Source of the DNA: Escherichia coli
GTDB taxonomy: Bacteria > Pseudomonadota > Gammaproteobacteria > Enterobacterales > Enterobacteriaceae
Direction: 5' to 3' (one strand)
NCBI RefSeq assembly: GCF_003334765.1
Contig: NZ_QOWT01000023.1
DNA length: 64,000 bases
The notes below the pieces were generated by a model. That model had not been told where the DNA came from. It ran no database searches and saw only the letters and a program-made list of their open reading frames with translations. Numbering within the stretch: the first letter of the stretch is position 1; every line of letters starts with the position of its first letter. Positions 21,573 to 33,128 of the stretch are shown here, one piece after another. A program made the translations under genes and the position numbers.

Positions 21573-22399
21573 GAAGATTCTTCTGGCTGGTCGCTGCCGC
21601 TCTGTTATTGGCAGGGTGTGCAGGCGAAAAAGGCATTGTCGAGAAAGAGGGATATCAGCTTGATACCCGACGCCAGGCGCAGGCGGCGTATCCGCGCATT
21701 AAAGTGCTGGTGATCCACTACACCGCAGATGATTTTGATAGCTCGCTGGCGACACTGACCGATAAGCAGGTCAGCTCGCATTATCTGGTCCCTGCGGTAC
21801 CACCGCGATACAACGGTAAACCGCGCATCTGGCAACTGGTGCCGGAACAAGAACTGGCCTGGCATGCGGGGATTAGCGCCTGGCGCGGGGCAACGCGCCT
21901 TAACGACACCTCTATTGGCATTGAGCTGGAAAACCGTGGCTGGCAAAAATCGGCCGGAGTGAAATATTTTGCCCCGTTTGAACCGGCACAGATTCAGGCG
22001 CTTATTCCACTGGCGAAAGATATTATTGCCCGTTATCACATCAAGCCGGAAAACGTAGTGGCACATGCGGATATCGCACCGCAGCGCAAAGACGATCCGG
22101 GGCCATTATTTCCCTGGCAGCAACTGGCGCAGCAGGGGATTGGTGCCTGGCCGGATGCGCAGCGGGTTAACTTTTACCTTGCCGGGCGCGCGCCGCACAC
22201 ACCGGTAGATACCGCGTCATTGCTGGAGCTTTTGGCGCGCTACGGTTATGACGTTAAACCTGATATGACACCGCGCGAGCAGCGGCGCGTGATTATGGCA
22301 TTCCAGATGCATTTCCGCCCGACGTTATATAACGGCGAAGCGGATGCAGAAACTCAGGCGATTGCCGAAGCATTGCTGGAGAAATACGGGCAGGATTAG
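21569..22399 (+). CDS. amiD: N-acetylmuramoyl-L-alanine amidase AmiD (lipoprotein)
   Basis: 276-aa ORF with lipobox LLLAGCAG and amidase_2 features. Confidence 0.93.
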
Positions 22400-23409
22400 C
22401 GCGGCAGTTTTCCGTGGTCGCGTAGCCAGGCGGCAGTTTTCTCGATACCTTCATCCAGGGTGATGACCGGCTGATAACCTAACTCTTCCTGCGCACGCGT
22501 AATATCCAGCGTAAAGTCAAAATTCAACTTGGAGACGCCGTAGTGGGTCAGCGGCGGCTCTTTTGCTGACTTGCGGCCTAAACGCTCCATGCTGCGGGCG
22601 ATCATATCCAGCATCGGGTAGGGGACGGAACGAATACGACAGTCAATATTCAACTCGTCGATCAGCTTCTGCACGATGCTGCGCAGTGTGCGATGCTCGC
22701 CGTTGGTGATGTTGTACACACGCCCGGAAGGTAGCTTATCGCAGGCTTCCTGGCTTGCCAGCCACATTGCGTGCACGGCATTTTCATAGTAGGTCATATC
22801 GACCAGCGCACTGCCGCCATGCGGTAACAGAATACTGCCGTAGTGGTGCATCATATGCGCCAGACGGGGAATAAAGACTTTATCGTGCGGTCCGAACAGA
22901 CTTTGTGGGCGCAGAATAGTAAAGCGCGTTTGTGGATTCGCCTGCGAAAGCATATTGATCACTTCTTCGCTGGCTGCTTTGCTGCGGGCAAACTCGTTGG
23001 CGAAGCGGTGAGGGCGAAAATCTTCTTTAATATCGCGATGGTGGTGATAATCGAAGTACAGGGAGGGGGAAGAGATATGAATAAAGTTACGCACACCCCA
23101 GGCGACAGCCCATTCACCCAGGCGGCGAGTGGCGCGAACGTTAGCCAGATCGAAAGCCTGTTGTGTCCCCCAGGGTGAGGTAAAGCTGGAGCAGTGCCAC
23201 AGCGTATCAATGCCCGCGAGCATCACTTTAGCTTGTGATGAAACCAGCTCGGTCAGATCCGCCGGAACAAACTCTGCGCCCATTTTTTCCAGCAATTTGC
23301 CCATTGCCTCGTTGCGACCGGTCGCTCGCACGCTGATGCCTTTCTGGCATAAAAACTCTACCGCGTTTCGACCTAAGCCGCTGGTGGCGCCGGTAACCAG
23401 TACCTTCAT
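22396..23409 (-). CDS. ybjS: NAD(P)-dependent epimerase/dehydratase-family protein YbjS
   Basis: 337-aa product [20 protein letters not shown]... (Rossmann GxxGxxG). Start at the ATG at 23407-23409. Confidence 0.92.
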   Translation of the reverse strand: MKVLVTGATSGLGRNAVEFLCQKGISVRATGRNEAMGKLLEKMGAEFVPADLTELVSSQAKVMLAGIDTLWHCSSFTSPWGTQQAFDLANVRATRRLGEWAVAWGVRNFIHISSPSLYFDYHHHRDIKEDFRPHRFANEFARSKAASEEVINMLSQANPQTRFTILRPQSLFGPHDKVFIPRLAHMMHHYGSILLPHGGSALVDMTYYENAVHAMWLASQEACDKLPSGRVYNITNGEHRTLRSIVQKLIDELNIDCRIRSVPYPMLDMIARSMERLGRKSAKEPPLTHYGVSKLNFDFTLDITRAQEELGYQPVITLDEGIEKTAAWLRDHGKLPR

Positions 23410-23507
23410 ATCAATCCACTGTTGTTGAGAAAATAACGTGCGCATTCTTCCGTGATTTCCCCCATGATGCAATGGGAAACATGAAAGAATAACGCAGGTT
23501 TTGTCGA

Positions 23508-24938
23508 TTAATCTGTGCTTTGTTCTGCCAGTCTGGCGATTTGTTTTGCCATTCCGCGAAAAATAAACAGATGCGCGGGGATCATCAATAACCAGTAAAA
23601 CAGCCCCGGCATACCGTGCGGATGCCAGAAAGCGCGGACATCGATAGTACGATAGTCGCCTTTATCTTCCAGGCTAAAACACAGTCGTCCCAGCCCCGGC
23701 GCTTTCATGCCAAATAACAACGTAAGTTGTTTTTCCGGTTCAACGACAATCACTTTCCAGCTATCCACCGCATCGCCAGTCTGTAAATATTCGCGCTCCG
23801 GGCGGCCTTTCGCCAGCTTATGACCGATCGCGCGGTCCATCAACGCCCGTGTCTGCCACAAAATATTGCCAAAGAAATAACGCTCTTTACCGCCGATTTG
23901 GTTCACTACCTGCCATAAAGCAGCAAGGCTGGCGGACGTTTTAACGGTAAACCCCGCCTGTTTGGCAAAATAACCGTACTCCGGTCGCCAGCGGGCAAAG
24001 GCCTGAGCGTCGTAGCCCCAGTCGCTGGAGTTGACCAGTTTTTCCTCCTCTTTCAACGTGCTACGTACCGCGTCATCGAAAGCGATCAGCCGTTGTGGGA
24101 TGAGTGCACGTAGCGCGGTATCATCCGCCAGCAGATCGTGTTTCAGCCCCTGAATCAACGCCCTGGCGGTGGTGGGCGGTACGGAAGTAATCACATTGAG
24201 AAACCACACCGAAATCCAGCGGGTGGGGAGGGGGATGGGGATCAACCAGCGGCGCTTACCGCTCACCGCCATAAAATGTTCAAACTGTTGCTGATAACTG
24301 AGCACCTCTGGTCCGGCGGCTTCGAAGATGCGGTGTTCGCTGGCCGGATGATCTAACAACGCAACCAGATAGTGCAGCAAGTTTTCCAGCGCAATGGGCG
24401 TGGTGCGTGAACGAACCCAGCGCGGAGGCGTTAAGACTGGCAGGTTGTAGACCATATCGCGCATGACTTCGAACGCCGCGGAACCTGCGCCAACGATAAT
24501 TCCGGCCCGCAGTTCGGTCACGGGTACATTCGCTTCACGCAGAATGTCCGCCGTAGCCTGACGAGCACGCAGATGATCCGACTGCTCATGTGGCGGGGCC
24601 TGCAACGAACTAAGAAAGATTAATTGCTTAACTGGTACTTCACGTAGCGCATCGCGGACGTTGAGAGCCACCTGGCGCTCCTGAGCGATAAAATCGCCGC
24701 CTTCGCCCATGCTGTGCACCAGAAAATAGACCGTATCGATATCCTGCAACAGGGCCGGTAGGTTATCCGGCCAGCTGAGATCGACTTTATGGCAACTGAC
24801 GTTTGCCAGTTGCAGCTTTGCAAGCCTGTCGACATGACGTGCCGCCGCCAGGATCTGATGCCCTTGCTGGCTGAGTGTGCGCACCAGATGCTGACCAATG
24901 TAGCCACTGGCACCGAGAACTAAAATGCGTTGCGGCAC
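23508..24938 (-). CDS. ybjT: NAD(P)-binding domain protein YbjT
   Basis: 476-aa product, N-terminus (V/M)[17 protein letters not shown]; GTG start at 24936-24938 inferred. Confidence 0.88.
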
Positions 24939-24948
24939 GTCTCTCTCC

Positions 24949-25950
24949 TTAACGCGCCAGGAATGCACGCCAGTGGGCGGCGACTTCCGCCAGTTGTTCG
25001 CGCGAGACGTCAAGATGCGTCACCAGGCGGACAATCGGCGAGGCGTTAATCAGCACGTTTCTCGCTTTCATGTATTCGCCTAACGCGGCAGCATTTTCTT
25101 CCCCGACGCGAACAAACAGCATATTGGTGTCCTGACGCATCACATCCGCGCCTGCTTCACGCAGCTGCTCCGCCATCCAGGCAGCGTTGTCGTGGTCTTC
25201 CTGCAAGCGCGCAACGTTATTTTTCAGGGCATATATCCCGGCGGCAGCCAGAATGCCGGACTGGCGCATCCCGCCACCTGTCATTTTCCGCCAGCGAATG
25301 GCACGTTTAATGTAATCACGATTACCGACGAGTAATGAACCGACTGGCGTCCCAAGACCTTTCGACAGGCAAATGGTGAACGAATCACAATATTGCGTGA
25401 TCTCTTTCAGTTCGCAGCCGTAAGCCACCACGGCATTAAAGATGCGCGCACCGTCAACATGCAGCGCCAGATTGCGCTCGCGGGTAAATTCCCATGCTTC
25501 TTTCAGGTATTCCCGCGGCAACACTTTGCCGTTGTGGGTGTTTTCCAGACTGAGTAATTTGGTGCGGGCGAAATGGATATCGTCGGGTTTGATTTTCATC
25601 GCCACTTTATCCAGCGGTAGCGTGCCGTCGGCAGCCGCGTCTATGGGTTGCGGTTGAATACTGCCCAGCACCGCCGCGCCACCGGCTTCAAACAGATAGT
25701 TATGCGCGGCCTGACCGACAATATACTCTTCGCCGCGTTCGCAGTGACTGAGCAGAGCGACCAGGTTGGCCTGAGTGCCGGTAGGCAGAAAAATGGCGGC
25801 TTCTTTACCGGAAAGCTCTGCTGCGTAGTCCTGCAGAGCATTAACGGTAGGGTCGTCTCCGTAAACGTCGTCCCCAACCGGGGCGGCCATCATCGCTTCG
25901 AGCATGGCGCGGCTTGGTCGGGTAACGGTATCACTGCGTAAATCAATCAT
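24949..25950 (-). CDS. ltaE: low-specificity L-threonine aldolase
   Basis: 333-aa PLP-dependent [40 protein letters not shown]... Confidence 0.95.
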   Translation of the reverse strand: MIDLRSDTVTRPSRAMLEAMMAAPVGDDVYGDDPTVNALQDYAAELSGKEAAIFLPTGTQANLVALLSHCERGEEYIVGQAAHNYLFEAGGAAVLGSIQPQPIDAAADGTLPLDKVAMKIKPDDIHFARTKLLSLENTHNGKVLPREYLKEAWEFTRERNLALHVDGARIFNAVVAYGCELKEITQYCDSFTICLSKGLGTPVGSLLVGNRDYIKRAIRWRKMTGGGMRQSGILAAAGIYALKNNVARLQEDHDNAAWMAEQLREAGADVMRQDTNMLFVRVGEENAAALGEYMKARNVLINASPIVRLVTHLDVSREQLAEVAAHWRAFLAR

Positions 25951-25986
25951 GGCATGTCCTTATTATGACGGGAAATGCCACCCTTT

Positions 25987-27705
25987 TTACCTTAGCCAGT
26001 TTGTTTTCGCCAGTTCGATCACTTCATCACCGCGTCCGCTGATGATTGCGCGCAGCATATACAGGCTGAAACCTTTGGCCTGTTCGAGTTTGATCTGCGG
26101 TGGAATGGCTAACTCTTCTTTGGCGACCACCACATCCACCAACACCGGACCGTCGATGGAGAAGGCGCGTTGCAGGGCTTCATCAACTTCAGACGCTTTT
26201 TCTACACGGATACCCGTAATGCCGCACGCTTCGGCAATGCGGGCAAAGTTTGTGTCGTGTAGTTCGGTGCCGTCAGTCAAATAGCCACCAGCTTTCATCT
26301 CCATCGCCACAAAGCCCAGCACGCTGTTGTTAAAGACGACAATTTTCACTGGCAGTTTCATCTGCACTACTGAGAGGAAATCGCCCATCAACATGCTAAA
26401 ACCGCCATCGCCGCACATGGCGACCACCTGACGTTCTGGCTCTGTCGCCTGCGCACCCAGCGCCTGCGGCATGGCGTTAGCCATCGAACCGTGGTTAAAC
26501 GAACCTAACAGGCGACGCTTGCCGTTCATTTTTAGATAACGTGCCGCCCACACCGTTGGCGTACCAACGTCACAGGTGAAAATAGCGTCATCGGCGGCAA
26601 AATGACTAATTTGCTGCGCCAGATATTGCGGGTGAATGGCTTTCTCGCTCGGTTTAGCTAAATCGTCCAGCCCTTTGCGGGCGTCGCGGTAATCTTCCAG
26701 CGCTTTATCCAGAAACTTGCGATCGGCTTTTTCTTCCACCAATGGAAGCAATGCACGCAGAGTCGACTTGATATCGCCGACCAGTGCCATATCCACCTTG
26801 CTGTGAGCGCCGATGCTGGCTGGGTTGATATCAATCTGAATGATTTTGGCATCGGTCGGGTAGAAGGCGCGGTAGGGAAATTGCGTGCCGAGTAGCACTA
26901 ACGTGTCGGCGTTCATCATGGTATGGAAACCTGACGAGAAGCCGATTAACCCGGTCATTCCAACATCATACGGATTATCGTATTCGACATGTTCTTTACC
27001 GCGCAGGGCATGAACAATAGGCGCTTTAATTTTCCCGGCAAACTCAACTAACTCTTTATGCGCCCCCGCGCAGCCGCTGCCACACATCAGGGCGATATTG
27101 CTGGAATAACGCAGCAGTTGCGCCAGTTTGCGTAACTCTTCTTCTTCCGGCGTCACGACTGGTTGTGGCGCATGATACCAGTGCATGGTTGCCCCTTCTG
27201 GCGCAGGTTTTAACGCCACGTCGCCTGGTAACACGACAACCGAAACGCCACGGTTAAGCACCGCTTTGCGCATGGCAATCGCCAGTACTTGTGGGATCTG
27301 CTCCGGGCTGGAAACCAGCTCGCAATAGTGACTACATTCGCGGAATAGCTCTTGTGGGTGGGTTTCCTGGAAATAGCCGCTGCCAATTTCGCTGGAGGGA
27401 ATATGAGCGGCAATCGCCAGTACCGGAACGTGATTGCGGTGGCAATCGAACAGGCCGTTGATTAAGTGCAGGTTGCCGGGGCCGCACGATCCGGCGCAGA
27501 CCGCCAGTTCTCCGCTAAGTTGTGCTTCAGCGCCAGCGGCAAAGGCCGCCACTTCTTCGTGGCGGGTGGACATCCACTCGATGGTGCCCATGCGATTAAG
27601 ACTGTCACTAAGACCGTTCAGAGAGTCGCCTGTGACTCCCCAGATGCGTTTCACCCCTGCCGATTCGAGTGTTTTGGCGATATAAGCTGCAACCGTTTGT
27701 TTCAT
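25987..27705 (-). CDS. poxB: pyruvate oxidase (ubiquinone-dependent pyruvate dehydrogenase)
   Basis: 572-aa TPP/FAD enzyme [32 protein letters not shown]... Confidence 0.96.
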
Positions 27706-27837
27706 GGTTCTCCATCTCCTGAATGTGATAACGGTAACAAGTTTAGTTCATCTGACGGAGGGGGAAGGGATGGGAGAGAAAGGAGGCACTAACGGTTAAA
27801 TAGCCCGATGAAAGGAATATCATCGGGCATAAGGCGA

Positions 27838-28806
27838 TTATGCGAGAACCAAATCCCCCTGCGGATGGCAGGAGCAGGCCAGTACGTAACCTTCAGCGAT
27901 TTCGGCGTCGGTCAGCGTCATTGTGCTGCTCACCGTATATTCACCGGAAACCACTTTTGTCTTACAGCAGCCGCAAACACCCGCACGGCAGGCAGCGACA
28001 ACCGGAACGTTATTGCTTTCCAGCGCCTCCAGTAGCGTGGTGCCAACCGGGGCGTAAAATTCTCGTGCCGGTTGCAGTTTGGTGAATTTCAGACCGCTGG
28101 TCGCCGCTTCTGCTACTGGGGTGAAGAATTTCTCTTTAAAGAAACGCGTCACGCCGAGCGCTTTCACTTCCTGCTCTACCCAATCCATATACGGAGCCGG
28201 GCCGCAGGTCATCACGGTACGTGAAGCTAAGTCAGGTACACCTGCCAGCAGTTCGCGAGTGAGACGACCAGCGATAAAGCCTTCGGTAACGTTATTTTCT
28301 GCCACCAGCGTTACCGGATAGTTACGCCACTCATCGGCGAAAATAACATCCTGCGGCGTACGCACGTTGTAGATCACCCGCACATCGGCCTGTGGACGGT
28401 TCTTCGCAAGCCAGCGACGCATCGACATAATCGGCGTGACGCCGCAGCCTGCCGCCAGCAACAGGAATTTATCTTCTGCTTTATCGTCGCAGGTAAATTC
28501 CCCCATCGCGTCCGAAAGCCAGAGATAATCACCGCGTTTTACATCGCGCGTCAGCCACTGGGAGCCGACACCGTCATCAATCCGCCGCACGGTCAGGGTG
28601 ATATATTCACTCACGCCTGGCGTGGAGGAAATGGTGTAAGCACGCAGCGTTTCCGCTGAGTTTCGCACGCTGACCAGTGCATATTGCCCGGCGCGATATG
28701 GGTAGTAATCGTGGCAAATCAGGGAAATCGTCCACACATCCGGCGTTTCTTGCGTAATGTGATGAACCTGCATCCGCCACGGGCATTGATTCGTTGGCAT
28801 CGTCAT
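27838..28806 (-). CDS. hcr: NADH oxidoreductase Hcr (FAD/[2Fe-2S]) for Hcp
   Basis: 322-aa product starting MTMPTNQCPWRMQVHH..., C-terminal 2Fe-2S cysteines CRAGVCGCC. Start trimmed by 2 codons from the ORF track. Confidence 0.93.
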   Translation of the reverse strand: MTMPTNQCPWRMQVHHITQETPDVWTISLICHDYYPYRAGQYALVSVRNSAETLRAYTISSTPGVSEYITLTVRRIDDGVGSQWLTRDVKRGDYLWLSDAMGEFTCDDKAEDKFLLLAAGCGVTPIMSMRRWLAKNRPQADVRVIYNVRTPQDVIFADEWRNYPVTLVAENNVTEGFIAGRLTRELLAGVPDLASRTVMTCGPAPYMDWVEQEVKALGVTRFFKEKFFTPVAEAATSGLKFTKLQPAREFYAPVGTTLLEALESNNVPVVAACRAGVCGCCKTKVVSGEYTVSSTMTLTDAEIAEGYVLACSCHPQGDLVLA

Positions 28807-28817
28807 CGACAAACTCC

Positions 28818-30470
28818 TTACGCGCTCAACAGTTGCTTCATGTCTTCTTCAACAGTGGTGATAGAACGCAGGCCGAATTTCTCGTTCAGCACCGCCAGCA
28901 GGTCTGGTGTCAGGAAACCAGGTGCAGTCGGGCCGGTGACGATATTTTTCACGCCCAGAGAAAGCAGCGTCAGCAGAATGACGATCGCTTTCTGTTCAAA
29001 CCAGGAGAGCACCAGCGACAGCGGCAGATCGTTGACACCGCAGCCCAGTTTCTCTGCCAGAGTGACAGCCAGAATAATCGCTGAGTAAGCATCGTTACAT
29101 TGACCTGCATCTACCAGACGCGGCAGACCTTCGATATCGCCAAACTCAAGTTTGTTAAAGCGATATTTACCACAGGCGAGGGTCAGGATCAGGCAGTCAT
29201 CCGGCACGCTGGTGGCGAAATCGGTGAAGTAGTGGCGCTCGCCGCGTGCGCCGTCACAGCCACCAAGCAGGAAGATATGACGCAGTTTTTCACGGCTCAC
29301 CAGATCAATCAGCGTATCAGCAGCGCCAAGCAGCGTCTGGCGACCAAAACCCACGGTGATAAGGTGCGGAATTTCGCTGTACGGGAAGCCTGCCATCTGT
29401 TGCGCCTGGGTGATAACCGCAGAGAAATCATCACCGTCCAGATGACGCACGCCAGGCCAGCCAACAATGCTGCGGGTCCAGATACGATCGTCATAAGCGC
29501 CTACGGTTGGGTCGATGATGCAGTTCGAGGTCATCACGATGGGGCCAGGGAAACGAGCGAACTCCACTTGCTGATTCTGCCAGCCGCTGCCGTAGTTACC
29601 GACCAGATGCTTGAATTTACGCAGCTCCGGGTAGCCATGCGCAGGCAGCATTTCGCCGTGGGTGTAGACATTAACGCCCGTGCCTTCGGTCTGTTCCAGC
29701 AGGTTGTAGAGATCTTTGAGATCGTGACCGGAAATCAGAATGCATTTACCCGCCGTCGCTTTGACGTTGACCTGGGTTGGCGTCGGGTGACCGTATTTAC
29801 CGGTTTCGCCTGCATCCAGAATGCTCATCACTTTGAAGTTCATCTGGCCGATTTCCATTGAACACTCAAGAAGCGCGTTCATATCGGCAGGCCAGGTCCC
29901 CAGCCACGCCATGATTTTATGGTACTGGGCATAAATATCGTTGTCGTATTGACCGAGAACATGCGCGTGTTCCATATAGGCCGCCGCACCTTTCAGGCCA
30001 TACAGGCACAGCAGACGCAGGCCGAGAATGTTTTCGCCAATCGCCGCTTTATCTTTGTTAGGGGTAAATTCTGCTGCCTGACGTTGCAGCTCGCCGAGAT
30101 CGTCGCTCACCAGTTGCAGGTCAGCCATCGGGTTATCGACGCGCGCGTTGGCATCTACAGCCAGGCATTGCGCTTTCAGCGCCTCGCGCAGGGCAATCGC
30201 TTCACGAGCGTAGCCGACAATACGCGGAGAATCGAAGTTAACGTTGGTCAGGGTTGAGAAAAAGGCACGTGGCGCGAAGCTGTCAACATCGTGGTTGATG
30301 ATGCCGTATTCACGCGCTTTTACCGCCCAGGCAGAAAGCCCTTGCAGCGCCGCGATGAGTAAATCCTGAAGGTCAGAAGTTTCCGCCGTTTTACCACACA
30401 TCCCCTGCGCGTATGAGCAGCCGTTTCCTGCCGGAGTACGGATAGTTTGTTCACATTGCACACAAAACAT
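28818..30470 (-). CDS. hcp: hydroxylamine reductase / hybrid-cluster protein
   Basis: 550-aa product starting [28 protein letters not shown] (N-terminal Cys cluster). Confidence 0.95.
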
Positions 30471-30613
30471 GATCACACCTTTTAAAGTTATATTTAATAT
30501 ACATGTTTAAGGTTAAGACGCTTAACGCGGGGATAAAAGGGATTTTTCATGCAACTTTAAGGGAGATTGATTTAGCGCAATTTTGGCGGCAGGGATCTAC
30601 CGCCAGAGAGGTA

Positions 30614-31513
30614 TTACGCAGAGAAAAAGGCGATGAGGATCGGCACTAACAGGCTAAGAATAAAACCGTGAACAATTGCCGCCGGGACCATATCCAGCCC
30701 GCCAGTACGTTGAAGAACGGGCAGGGTGAAATCCATTGATGTGGCACCGCATAAGCCCAGTGCAGTAGAGCGGCTGCGGCGAATCAGCCCAGGGATCAAC
30801 ATAATAGCAATCAGTTCACGGGCCAGATCATTAAAAAACGCCGCGCTCCCGATTACCGGACCAAAAGATTCGGTCAATAAAATACCGGAAAGAGAATACC
30901 AGCCGAAACCGGAGGCCATTGCCAGCGCGGTATTGATGGGGAGATCAAGAATAAAGGCGTTAATTAAACCACCAATTAATGAACTGACAACCACCACCAC
31001 GGCGACAATCATTCCCCGGCGATTAAGGACAATCTGCTTTAAGGTCATGCCATTATTGCGCAACTGAATACCAACGAGGAAAAGTAGCAAAATTAACGTG
31101 TATTCACTGGCTTCGGTTGCGTGTTGTAAGAAAGCCAGTCCACTTAGACCAATGGCAAAACCAATCACTACTACGCCGCACAGTTTTAGCGACTCCAGCG
31201 CCATCGCAATACGCGACGGGAGTTTTTCTTGCTGATGGTGGTTGCGCCACGGCAGGCCTCGCTCCAGCCACATCAGGGCGGCAATATTACACAGTAAAAT
31301 AACGGTAATACTGACGGCAGAATAATGCAGAATCGCCAACAGGTTACTGGCGAGGTTATCGAGAAACGCCAGACTGATACCCATAAAAAAGAGAATAAGG
31401 TAAACCATCCAGCTTAATAGCTGATTAATAACTTTTAACGCAGCTTGTTGGCGAAGCGGAATGAGGTAACCCACAATCAGGGGAACCAGAATGATTAACA
31501 GCCCAGAAAACAT
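30614..31513 (-). CDS. ybjE: lysine exporter LysO (YbjE)
   Basis: 299-aa membrane protein starting MFSGLLIILVPLIVGYLIPL; start at the ATG at 31511-31513. Confidence 0.9.
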   Translation of the reverse strand: MFSGLLIILVPLIVGYLIPLRQQAALKVINQLLSWMVYLILFFMGISLAFLDNLASNLLAILHYSAVSITVILLCNIAALMWLERGLPWRNHHQQEKLPSRIAMALESLKLCGVVVIGFAIGLSGLAFLQHATEASEYTLILLLFLVGIQLRNNGMTLKQIVLNRRGMIVAVVVVVSSLIGGLINAFILDLPINTALAMASGFGWYSLSGILLTESFGPVIGSAAFFNDLARELIAIMLIPGLIRRSRSTALGLCGATSMDFTLPVLQRTGGLDMVPAAIVHGFILSLLVPILIAFFSA

Positions 31514-31968
31514 GAAAACCCAGTCCTTGCAAAGATGAAGTCGAAATGCGCGATGACACACTACTGAAAGCGGAAGGACGAGTAAAGTTGCAATTAAAAG
31601 GAAATGTTATGCATAAGGAGCAGTAGAGTATTCGTTTTCATTTAAAGATATTCTTGCGCTTTAATTACAAACTGCACCGATGTTGGTGGCGTCAAAATCG
31701 CCGAGGCGTTCCCTGAAGGCCGGGGCAGCCCACATGGATGTGGGCTGAGGGCGCGTTTTACAGGGATGTTACCTCGCGCCCGACCCGGTAGCCGTAAGGG
31801 ATAAGTCGAGGGCACCGCGCAGCGGCGATTTTGTTCGCCAGAGCCCGGGGGTGCAGGGGGCGGCGGCGATTGGCCGCCCCCTGCGCGCTCCTTGCGCCAG
31901 TGGCAATATGTTGCTTAGCTCATGAAAGGAGCGCAACAAGATGATGAATCAACATATAACAACATCTT

Positions 31969-31997
31969 AAAAAAAGGCCTGACATTACGCCAGGCCT
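31969..31997 (-). terminator. rho-independent terminator of aqpZ
   Basis: Hairpin aggcctg...caggcct with T-run on the minus strand immediately 3' of the aqpZ stop. Confidence 0.6.
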
Positions 31998-32007
31998 TCT
32001 GCGTTAA

Positions 32008-32703
32008 TTAATCACGCTTTTCCAGCAGGGTCCGGTAAATCAGACCACCGATAATGCCGCCGACAATTGGCACCACCCAGAAGAACCACAGTTGTTCTAA
32101 TGCCCAGCCGCCCTGGAAGATAGCAACCGCGGTGCTGCGCGCCGGGTTAACAGAAGTGTTAGTCACCGGAATACTAATTAAGTGAATCAGGGTTAAGGCC
32201 AGACCAATAGCGATCGGCGCAAAACCTGCCGGCGCGAATTTGTCGGTTGCGCCGTGGATCACCAACAGGAAACCTGCACTCAATACCAGTTCAACTACCA
32301 GCGCGGAAAGCATGGAATAACCGCCTGGTGAATGCTCGCCATAACCGTTAGAAGCAAAACCGCTGGCTGCCGCGTCAAAACCCGTTTTACCACTGGCAAT
32401 TAAATACAGCAGCGCCGCTGCAACAATACCGCCGACAACCTGGGCAATTACGTAGCCAACGACTTCTTTTGCCGGAAAACGTCCGCCAGCCCATAAACCA
32501 ATAGTGACCGCCGGGTTAAAATGACCACCAGAAATATGACCAACAGCAAAGGCCATCGTCAGAACGGTCAGACCGAACGCCAACGCCACGCCGGCAAAAC
32601 CAATGCCTAATTCCGGGAAGCCTGCGGCCAGTACAGCACTACCACAGCCACCAAAAACAAGCCAGAAAGTACCAAAACATTCAGCTGCTAATTTTCTGAA
32701 CAT
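32008..32703 (-). CDS. aqpZ: aquaporin Z
   Basis: 231-aa MIP-family channel with two NPA motifs (HFNPAVT, NPARS). Confidence 0.96.
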   Translation of the reverse strand: MFRKLAAECFGTFWLVFGGCGSAVLAAGFPELGIGFAGVALAFGLTVLTMAFAVGHISGGHFNPAVTIGLWAGGRFPAKEVVGYVIAQVVGGIVAAALLYLIASGKTGFDAAASGFASNGYGEHSPGGYSMLSALVVELVLSAGFLLVIHGATDKFAPAGFAPIAIGLALTLIHLISIPVTNTSVNPARSTAVAIFQGGWALEQLWFFWVVPIVGGIIGGLIYRTLLEKRD

Positions 32704-33128
32704 ATCCACCTCAATTAAAAATTGACCCTGTGAAAAATATGGTCGTTTTATAGGGTCGTCGTAAAAAAGTGACGACGGAAATAATGCGCGGCTATTTTAA
32801 AAACGAAGGCGAGTCATTCACCAGATAAATAAATCCAGTAAATTTGATTTAGGGCAACAGCGGGTTGCCCCATATAGTCATTTGTCTGATTGACAGTGTA
32901 GTGCACGCAAAAGATTTAATCCTTTAGGCGTAATAAAAAATAATTTATCATGCTAATTATTTGATTTTGTTGTTTTTGCAGACTTATCAGCAAGAGGGAG
33001 TATAACGCGATTATTCGCTCATTTTTCAGACATTTGCCATGCTTAAATGTGATGTCATCACGTATTAGCAAGGCCTTTCCCGTTATACTGCCAGCGTAAA
33101 GGATAAGTCACATATTTCTGGAGGGGAT

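Noticed and set aside
31941-31970. 9-codon ORF (MMNQHITTS) with upstream aggag next to the aqpZ terminator
   Set aside because: Too short and overlapping the aqpZ terminator hairpin; no independent support for a leader peptide.
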